From the IMG/VR virus record IMGVR_UViG_3300049472_000056, positions 1-34,661 of that record: 34,661 nucleotides of DNA. One strand, given 5' to 3'. This stretch comes from a virus (taxonomy: Duplodnaviria > Caudoviricetes). The notes beneath the pieces are model-generated. The model was not told the origin of the DNA, made no database searches, and saw only the letters and a list, made by a program, of their open reading frames with translations. Of this stretch, positions 7,803 to 14,244 are shown in pieces. The position numbers and the translations under genes are program-made. Numbering within the stretch: position 1 is the stretch's first letter; every line of letters starts with the position of its first letter.

Positions 7803-8112
7803 ATGAGCACTGACATCAAGGCAAATACCCTTACTCTCAATGGCGTTGAATACGTCAGAAAGGATTCTGTCGAAGCTAATAGTAAGCCCATTGGAGAATT
7901 GCGGATCATTATCGCTGATCGCGGCTGGGTGTTTGTTGGAAAATGCGTTACCAACAGTGATGGGACGGTAACTATCCGTAACGCGAAGAACATTCGCAAA
8001 TGGGGCACATCAAAGGGCCTGGGCGAGCTAATCAATGGGCCTCTGAGCGAAACCAAAGCGGATCCTTACGGGACCGTTCGCTGCACGCCTATCGCTGAAA
8101 TCGGGGTGGTAA

Positions 8113-8123
<11 letters not shown>
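7803..8123 (+). CDS. Conserved phage protein (DUF6948-like, Sm-like beta fold)
   Basis: IIIADRGWVFVG...NAKNIRKWGTSKGLGELINGP; family recognised from memory only. Confidence 0.7.
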
Positions 8124-8430
<307 letters not shown>

Positions 8431-8464
8431 CAATTTAAGCCGGGGGCTCAAACCCGGCACATAT

Positions 8465-8515
8465 GGGGGATTGGTGACACGCCATTAGCCGTTGCAAATC
8501 CGGTTACCCCCGCCA
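8465..8515 (+). ncRNA. Degenerate minimal tRNA-like structure
   Basis: GGGGG...CCCCC-G-CCA acceptor-like ends, T-arm-like GCCGT-TGCAAAT-CCGGT and one small hairpin; no full cloverleaf. Confidence 0.35.
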
Positions 8516-8556
8516 AAGCCCCTGACCAGGGCAAAAATCACGGTCACAGGGATACC

Positions 8557-9357
8557 ATGATCATTAAAAACCAGCCAGCAGAAGAATACCACGCGCACCC
8601 AGCGATTGGCAGCACAACGGCAAAGCTCGCATTGAAAAGCATGCAGCTCTTCCGGGATCGCCAGACAGGGGTCTACGCGGTAGAGGATAAGGCCCACTTC
8701 CAAGTTGGACGCTTGGCCCACATGATGCTCCTGGAACCTGCCCGGTTCGCTGAGTGCGTAACCACCAGCGGACCTATCAATGAGCGCACCGGTGCGCCGT
8801 ACGGACGGGACACCAAGGCTTACGCAGAATGGCAGAAGGCCAATCCCGGCCTAACCGTTGTCGATCCATGGCTCCACACCGCATTCCTGCGCATGCCGGA
8901 AGAGGTTCGCACCGTGCTCAAGGGCGGCGAAACGGAAGTTTCAGCCTACCAGGAGATTGACGGGCTCCCGGTCAAGTGCCGGTCCGATCACCTGCGCGGA
9001 ACCGTTATCACTGATCTGAAGACCATTAAGGACGTAGACGACTGGCCACGAGAGATCCGCCGCCGTGCTTACTGGTTTAGCGCGGCATGGTACCGGCGCG
9101 TGATGCTTGCCGAAACCGGAAAGCCGCACTCGTTCCGCCTGATCTTTATGGAAAAGAACGCTCCTTGGCGGTGGCGCATCGTGGATCTTATGGCGGATTA
9201 CTCGCTATATGGTGACGCGAAGGTGGAGCGGGTCATGTCCGACATCCGATATGCGAACAAATACCAGGACTGGAGCGACACTGGGGACGTGATGCAGATT
9301 GCCGAGCTTCCCGAGTTTATGGACGAGAGCGACGACGAAGAAGAGGAGGTAGCTTAA
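8557..9357 (+). CDS. RecE/exonuclease VIII-like PD-(D/E)XK nuclease (DUF3799-like)
   Basis: EEYHAHPAIGST...GRLAHMMLLEP...KCRSD...ITDLKT...Y..SAAWY...F.LIFMEK.AP; acidic tail. Confidence 0.88.
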   Translation: MIIKNQPAEEYHAHPAIGSTTAKLALKSMQLFRDRQTGVYAVEDKAHFQVGRLAHMMLLEPARFAECVTTSGPINERTGAPYGRDTKAYAEWQKANPGLTVVDPWLHTAFLRMPEEVRTVLKGGETEVSAYQEIDGLPVKCRSDHLRGTVITDLKTIKDVDDWPREIRRRAYWFSAAWYRRVMLAETGKPHSFRLIFMEKNAPWRWRIVDLMADYSLYGDAKVERVMSDIRYANKYQDWSDTGDVMQIAELPEFMDESDDEEEEVA

Positions 9358-9359
9358 TC

Positions 9360-9773
9360 ATGCAACACTACAAAGAGCTCCTTGACCCCGGTGTCTTTGT
9401 CGGACCCCAGGACTTTACAACGGACAAGACCATTACCATCAGCCGAGTGGTACGCGAGGACATGCCCAAGCGCGATGGTGAAGACAAGACCAGCTCGCCC
9501 ATGATGTACTTCTCGCATGCTGGCACCGAATTGCCACGCAAGTACAAGGTGCCAAAGTCGGTTCTTTACGGGCTTTCGTTACTTTACGGTACCGACATTG
9601 ATCAGTGGGTTGGTAAGAAAGTGACTCTGTTCGCGGCCAAGTGCATGAGCTTTGGCGAGGTGGAAGAGTGTGTGCGCATCCGCTTTCCTGATGATATTGA
9701 TGCCAAGATATTTAAATGGCTGAAGAAACGGAAGTCCAACCGTTCAGCTTACATTCTCAAGGAAACGGCATGA
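9360..9773 (+). CDS. Putative ssDNA-binding/annealing partner of the exonuclease
   Basis: Directly downstream of the RecE-like gene; TITISRV...LYGTDIDQWVGKKVTLF pattern; function inferred from context. Confidence 0.55.
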   Translation: MQHYKELLDPGVFVGPQDFTTDKTITISRVVREDMPKRDGEDKTSSPMMYFSHAGTELPRKYKVPKSVLYGLSLLYGTDIDQWVGKKVTLFAAKCMSFGEVEECVRIRFPDDIDAKIFKWLKKRKSNRSAYILKETA

Positions 9774-9973
9774 CCTACACCTGCCGCTGCGAATCCTGCC
9801 TAAAACCCGCCAAGCAATGCGGCCCGCTGAAGATCCACACAGGACTAGGCGCGGCGGTGTGCCTGGTGTGTCTGCCGAAACCAAACGCGCAACGTATCCA
9901 GGAAGCGCATGTGGCTGAACGGTCGTTGGGGCATAGTTCTTATCGTCGCCAGCAGCGTCAGGCGGTTGCGTGA
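9770..9973 (+). CDS. Small Zn-finger protein
   Basis: CRCESC...CLVC; AAGGA RBS and ATGA overlap. Confidence 0.65.
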   Translation: MTYTCRCESCLKPAKQCGPLKIHTGLGAAVCLVCLPKPNAQRIQEAHVAERSLGHSSYRRQQRQAVA

Positions 9974-9980
9974 TGATGCT

Positions 9981-10074
9981 GCTCAACGTCACCGATCACC
10001 GGGCCGCCGACAAGGAAACCCCATGAACGACGAAAACCACACGACGGCGGCTCCGGTGCGTCGTCTTGTTGGGC
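9981..10074 (-). other. attC-like site A (94 bp)
   Basis: Minus strand: GCCCAAC-AAGAC-GAC(G)CACCGG(A)GCCGCCG...CGGCGGC-CCGGTGATC-GGTGAC-GTTGAGC, i.e. R''/L''/L'/R' with 5/6-nt spacers and two extrahelical bases. Confidence 0.85.
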
Positions 10075-11030
10075 CAGGGATGGAGCGAGGGCAAATGCTA
10101 TCTATCGAACAGGCGATAGACGCCGCTGGCAAAATGAGCCTGCGATCCTTGGCGCAGATATCCATCGTAACCAGCCTATGCCACCACCTGCGAGAGTCAG
10201 GGAAAACCGTGTCACGCCAGAGGAAGCAGCTAGCAGGCCTACAACGTGACCGCAGTATGACATGCAACAACTGCCGTGGCCAGATGCTGCGCAGCCAGAT
10301 CCATATCAACGTCACGACCTGCGCGAAATGTGGAATGCGGCATGTGTGGCCCAACGCCCAGGGGTCACTGGACGCGCCAGTTGATCAATCCGCAGGCAAT
10401 CAAGGTGATACGCGTTCCAGTGTATCACCTTGTTGGGCCATTGCCTTGCTGTCAGCTCTCCTGGCAGGAGCGCCAGGCAGTGTCTTCGCTGGCACCGGAC
10501 AGCAGGACGCCTTTAGTGCGGTTCGCGCCACGGGCCACGTCGTAGGTGTACCACTGGCTGGACCAGTGGCAGGCGCACGCGGCCTCACGGGCAGCGCGGA
10601 CGCCCGCGAACAGGACCGGCTTGCCGGCGTGCGGGCCGTCTTGGTAGCAGATCACGCCGCCAGTGTTGTCGGCGCAGCCGCTTCCGCAGATCGTGACCGT
10701 CTGGTCACCGATCACTGCCGAGGCGTAGGCGCCCAGGCCGTTACTGCCGAGGACGCGGGCGACGTACAGCCCGGCTGGCCGGCCACCCTTGGCTCCGTTC
10801 GCGGCGCTGGTCTTGGCCTTCTTGGCGGTCTTGATTTTACCCAGGGCGACGGCGGCGGGGTTCTTCTTGGTCTGGCTCACGACAGGCTCCTTGCAGCGTT
10901 GCTGCGTTGGTGTTGTGATGGGAACCCTAACCAAGCGTTAGGTTTGTCAATTGGATTCCTGGGGCACGCGGGTTTGCGGACCAACGCCAAAGATAACCGG
11001 GCGGCACAAGAGATAAATCCCCATGAGTAA
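10023..11030 (+). CDS. Cassette A ORF: Zn-ribbon protein (first ~110 aa), frame stays open through cassette B
   Basis: AAGGA RBS and ATG inside the attC A loop; CNNC...CAKC; the part beyond about 10440 is antisense to another gene and may be non-functional readthrough. Confidence 0.55.
   Translation: MNDENHTTAAPVRRLVGPGMERGQMLSIEQAIDAAGKMSLRSLAQISIVTSLCHHLRESGKTVSRQRKQLAGLQRDRSMTCNNCRGQMLRSQIHINVTTCAKCGMRHVWPNAQGSLDAPVDQSAGNQGDTRSSVSPCWAIALLSALLAGAPGSVFAGTGQQDAFSAVRATGHVVGVPLAGPVAGARGLTGSADAREQDRLAGVRAVLVADHAASVVGAAASADRDRLVTDHCRGVGAQAVTAEDAGDVQPGWPATLGSVRGAGLGLLGGLDFTQGDGGGVLLGLAHDRLLAALLRWCCDGNPNQALGLSIGFLGHAGLRTNAKDNRAAQEINPHE
10349..10438 (-). other. attC-like site B (90 bp)
   Basis: Plus strand: GCCCAAC-GCCCAGG-GGTCACTGGACGCG...CGCGT(T)CCAGTG(T)ATC-ACCTT-GTTGGGC. 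Confidence 0.82.
10452..10880 (-). CDS. Cassette B gene: basic N-terminal KNPAAVALG...NGAKGGRP motif protein (putative DNA-binding)
   Basis: AAGGAG RBS 7 nt before GTG at 10880; the stop lies 13 nt before the R'' box of attC B, which is the canonical cassette layout. Confidence 0.75.
   Translation of the reverse strand: MSQTKKNPAAVALGKIKTAKKAKTSAANGAKGGRPAGLYVARVLGSNGLGAYASAVIGDQTVTICGSGCADNTGGVICYQDGPHAGKPVLFAGVRAAREAACACHWSSQWYTYDVARGANRTKGVLLSGASEDTAWRSCQES
10924..10950 (-). promoter_or_regulatory. Cassette-internal promoter with palindromic operator
   Basis: TTGACA-15 bp-TAGGGT with CCTAAC-N5-GTTAGG overlapping the spacer and -10. Confidence 0.55.
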
Positions 11031-11068
11031 ACTATCGATTGCCGCTCCGGTTAATCACCTTGTTGGGC
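10979..11068 (-). other. attC-like site C (90 bp)
   Basis: Plus strand: GACCAAC-GCCAAA-GATAACCGGGCGGCA...TGCCGC(T)CCGGTT(A)ATC-ACCTT-GTTGGGC. Confidence 0.85.
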
Positions 11069-11099
11069 TGCGTTTAATTTAACCACGAAGGAATGAAAT

Positions 11100-11489
11100 A
11101 TGGAAAATGAGCACGTCAATTTCAGAGCTATGTGGGCGGAAGCTCACAAAGCCGAAAGATCACAGCGGGAGGAATGGAATAAATTAACCGACTGGGTTCG
11201 ATTGATCGATTATGATTTAATCAGAGGAGCTAGGTTTCTTGTCCGTTTACCAGGGCAATTACCACACATGGCCTACAGAGATTTATTCGGATATTGGGGG
11301 ATTGTATCTGGAGACATCTGGCCATTAAGGGTGACTGATGAGCACCAATTACATTTTATTGATCAGCAGCCCAACGCACCAGTTGACTGGACCGGCGCCA
11401 GCGACTCAACCCACAAACCGAAAGACGTTGCCGCCGGTTCCACGTCAAACGCCTTGTTGGGCGGATTTAATGTCGAGGAGAAGCCGTGA
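11100..11489 (+). CDS. Cassette C ORF, hypothetical; reads through attC D
   Basis: AAGGA RBS; visibly AT-richer than flanks; C-terminal ~35 aa encoded by attC D. Confidence 0.7.
   Translation: MENEHVNFRAMWAEAHKAERSQREEWNKLTDWVRLIDYDLIRGARFLVRLPGQLPHMAYRDLFGYWGIVSGDIWPLRVTDEHQLHFIDQQPNAPVDWTGASDSTHKPKDVAAGSTSNALLGGFNVEEKP
11369..11462 (-). other. attC-like site D (94 bp)
   Basis: Plus strand: GCCCAAC-GCACCA-GTTGACTGGACCGGCG...CGCCGGT(T)CCA(C)GTC(A)AAC-GCCTT-GTTGGGC. Confidence 0.85.
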
Positions 11490-11809
11490 TGTCCTTTCTG
11501 GAAATACATGCATCTGATTCCCTGGAAAAGTGGAATGCGCAAATGTCAGAATTGATCGATAGCGGCGTGTTTGGCGAACACAGGCCCAACGACTGCCTAT
11601 TTTGTCGAGCGCAGAGGATTGTGGAGTTAATACAGGATTTGAGAGATAAGATGCATCCGCCCAACAGCTCAATGGGTGGATCCGGTAATATCACGTCGGA
11701 TGTGGATCCGACGCATATCACGCAGCAGACCCCTGGAAACACCGGTGATTCCAGCCATACATCCGGTGGATTGCGACAGGGTACGAATATTGCGCGGGGC
11801 GAATCGTGA
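11486..11809 (+). CDS. Cassette D ORF, hypothetical (CxxC); reads through the attI-like site
   Basis: GAGGAG RBS, overlap with the upstream stop, CLFC motif. Confidence 0.65.
   Translation: MMSFLEIHASDSLEKWNAQMSELIDSGVFGEHRPNDCLFCRAQRIVELIQDLRDKMHPPNSSMGGSGNITSDVDPTHITQQTPGNTGDSSHTSGGLRQGTNIARGES
11659..11722 (-). other. attI-like site
   Basis: Minus strand ACCCATT-GAGCT-GTTGGGC (degenerate L box, 5-nt spacer, R box), preceded by two direct repeats GTGGATCCG-N3/4-ATATCACG. Confidence 0.55.
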
Positions 11810-12075
11810 CCGACGCCTGCCCCTCCTGCGGTGTCCCCTACGTCGATCACCTCGGCCTGATCGGCACCTGCGCCGATCTGCTGGCCGCGCGGCGCGAGCT
11901 GCTGCGGCTGCAGGCTGGCCCGGTGGTCGTGCTTCCGGCTGATCTTGCCGACGCCTACGTGGTGGCGGTGCGGGTCCTCGAATTCCGCTGCGGTGGTGCC
12001 AGCGACGGCGACCAGGTGGCCCGCGAGCGTCAGGCGCTGGCGGCGGTGCAGAAGGCTGCGCATGCGGCGGGCTGA
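11806..12075 (+). CDS. Hypothetical phage protein (CxxC...H...C)
   Basis: CPSCGVPYVDHLGLIGTC; GTGA overlap; high GC3. Confidence 0.7.
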   Translation: MTDACPSCGVPYVDHLGLIGTCADLLAARRELLRLQAGPVVVLPADLADAYVVAVRVLEFRCGGASDGDQVARERQALAAVQKAAHAAG

Positions 12076-12180
12076 CGATGGCGACCTAATCGCCGGACTC
12101 CGTGCGATATGGCCCTGGCGTGTTTTCGATAGGCCTAGGGATATTGTGCGGTTGTTGTTGTGGCGGTTGCGGGCTGGGGA

Positions 12181-14244
12181 TTAGGGGATGGCAATAGTGA
12201 CCCGAGATTCGATCGTTGACCAGACCTGTGCTTGCGGTGCCAGCCAGATTCCCAGATGCGTATTCAGGCTGTCCTCGCCTACTCCTGTATTGGCCGCTGC
12301 CATGCGGTGAATGACGAATTCTGCCTGGTCAATTGCAGCGTCTTCGCGCCACGGGCGCGAGCCGCTGGCCAAGTTGTTTGCTTGGAAATGCGATTTTCGC
12401 GAAACGGGCTTGCCGCTGTCCCAGCCAGGGAGCTGCACCCGCCAGCGGTAACCGGCCACGCTGGCCCACGCGGCGCAATACGCCGGCGTCCCGCTGACGG
12501 TCGACGCTACGCCGGTGACCTGCCAGGGTTCAGTTGATGCGGCCACGTAATCGCACACCCAGGTGCCAGATAGCGTCGGCTGCGAAGAGGCGCGGAACAG
12601 ATAATCCCCCTTCGACCAACCGAAGTGGTCGACCGGGACTGCATCCGCGCTCGATGGCAGCAGATGCTGTTTCGGCGCATCGAACGGGTAGACCCGAGGC
12701 AGGCATGGGGTTGGCAGCAGAAAGTTGAAGGCGCCCCCGATTCCGCGCGAAGAATAGAGAAATTGCCAGGCATCGAATGACGTGGCCGGTGCTACTTTCC
12801 TGCGGCTCAAAAGCTGATAGCGCATGCCAGGAATAGCGGGGATGCTGGTAGGCACAGGGATCGACAGGGACACGCCTGGTCCTGCACCGCCGGGGAGAGA
12901 TCCCGCAACCGGCGTCGTAATCGGGACCAATCCCACGCCAGCGTCGAAATATCCCCAGCACACCTCAAAGTCCGTTGCCTCGTTTGCCGGCGCCCAATAA
13001 ACGTCTTGCGCCACTGCCTGGTCAAGCTCGTAAAAACACGGGATAGGGCGCGGTATCTGTATGTTGAAAGTCGGGTCAGCGTCCCATCGCGAGGTCGCAA
13101 AAAACGCATGTAAAAACCCGGCACAGGCGCCGTCTTCTCGCCACGCCGTTTCATACCTGGACGCGCCGGATAGCCCGGTGATCTGATACCCTGCTGTGGG
13201 AACTCGCCGGGATGCGGCGCGAACGTATCCGGCCGCCGGAGCTGATCCAGCCGCCGTCCGTCGCGTGAGGAGCGGAATGGCGCGGCGGTTGACGAAGAGG
13301 CCTGCATTCGGCGCTGCTGCGGCGCAGGATTCAGACGTATAGACGACCCGTTGATTGCCAATCGGAGCGGGAAAATCGACATCGAACGCGAAGTCCGCAA
13401 AAGGCGCATCAGCCTCTAAAACAGCGGCCAGGACGTACGATATCTTGCTGAGGTCGCGATCTTCCCACGACGCAATTCGTTTCCAGCGATGCGAGGCGCT
13501 GGTCGATCCGCCCACGGCGTATTTGGTGAGCCTGGCATAGGCACTTCCGATCAGCCCCGCGACGGCATCCGTTGGGGTCATCTGTCCGCTACTGGTGCCG
13601 CCAAAGCTGACCTGGAAATCAATCGCGATTCCCGTCGTCGAGTCGACGTTGACGCGCACGACCTTGCCAAACACCGGGTACGACTCGCTTCCGACCAGGT
13701 AATACCAGGGGAGTGCCACCGGTGCGATGGTCGACCTGTCCGCAGAAAAAGCGATCAGCGGCGCAGTCTGCGGCAGCGCCGTCAAAAGATTTGCTTGCGA
13801 ACCGGGCCATGTTGCAAATGGGTAGGTCACTAAATCATCATCAAAACCAGATGCGAGCGAACTCGATACCGGCATCAGCGAAGGCAAATCATGGACCGCT
13901 GGCCCGTAGCGATAGGGCCGATTGATCAGGCCAACCGGAGACCCCGGGGCGGCAGACGTTTTGATTTTTCCGCCGGCATTGCCGATCCACAGGCCCGCTG
14001 CTGAATAGGACGTCACACCGGGAATTGCTGCAGGCGTCTCGTTGATTCTGCGATCCGGCACGAAGAGCGTATTGACCGAGTGATCAAAGCTCCGGCCATT
14101 GTACCCGGGGGCCGGTGCGCGCTCGACGAGATAGCCCGAGTCGAAACGAGAGCCCCCAAACTCCATCCCTGGCGGTGTCCAAAGGATTAAATCCGTCGTC
14201 CAGCCGCCCCAAAAGGTATTGAATGTCGTGGTCTCGAATGCCAT
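12181..14244 (-). CDS. Putative tail tip/receptor-binding protein
   Basis: Last gene of the late operon; 687 aa, beta-rich and rich in Trp/Pro/Gly. Confidence 0.55.
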   Translation of the reverse strand: MAFETTTFNTFWGGWTTDLILWTPPGMEFGGSRFDSGYLVERAPAPGYNGRSFDHSVNTLFVPDRRINETPAAIPGVTSYSAAGLWIGNAGGKIKTSAAPGSPVGLINRPYRYGPAVHDLPSLMPVSSSLASGFDDDLVTYPFATWPGSQANLLTALPQTAPLIAFSADRSTIAPVALPWYYLVGSESYPVFGKVVRVNVDSTTGIAIDFQVSFGGTSSGQMTPTDAVAGLIGSAYARLTKYAVGGSTSASHRWKRIASWEDRDLSKISYVLAAVLEADAPFADFAFDVDFPAPIGNQRVVYTSESCAAAAPNAGLFVNRRAIPLLTRRTAAGSAPAAGYVRAASRRVPTAGYQITGLSGASRYETAWREDGACAGFLHAFFATSRWDADPTFNIQIPRPIPCFYELDQAVAQDVYWAPANEATDFEVCWGYFDAGVGLVPITTPVAGSLPGGAGPGVSLSIPVPTSIPAIPGMRYQLLSRRKVAPATSFDAWQFLYSSRGIGGAFNFLLPTPCLPRVYPFDAPKQHLLPSSADAVPVDHFGWSKGDYLFRASSQPTLSGTWVCDYVAASTEPWQVTGVASTVSGTPAYCAAWASVAGYRWRVQLPGWDSGKPVSRKSHFQANNLASGSRPWREDAAIDQAEFVIHRMAAANTGVGEDSLNTHLGIWLAPQAQVWSTIESRVTIAIP

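Larger units (their letters stand above)
9987..11664 (-). mobile_element. Array of four integron-like gene cassettes (9987-10354, 10355-10984, 10985-11374, 11375-11664) with no integrase gene
   Basis: Four co-oriented attC-like sites, each followed by about one ORF; the R boxes of each cassette are mutually complementary. Confidence 0.8.

Noticed and set aside
9909-10022. Track start of the 373-aa ORF at 9909
   Set aside because: Overlaps the Zn-finger gene; ATG 10023 has an RBS and a coupled stop.
9981-11462. Palindromes as terminators, REP elements or CRISPR repeats
   Set aside because: No U-tracts, sequences diverge while the attC box geometry is conserved, and spacing is gene-sized.
11584-11590. 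Extra GCCCAAC as a fifth attC or cassette boundary
   Set aside because: No partner arm, and only 7-bp complementarity to attC D versus 11 bp for the site at 11655-11665.
12062-12184. 40-aa plus-strand ORF at the early/late convergence
   Set aside because: Possible, but short with no motif or clear RBS; insufficient support.
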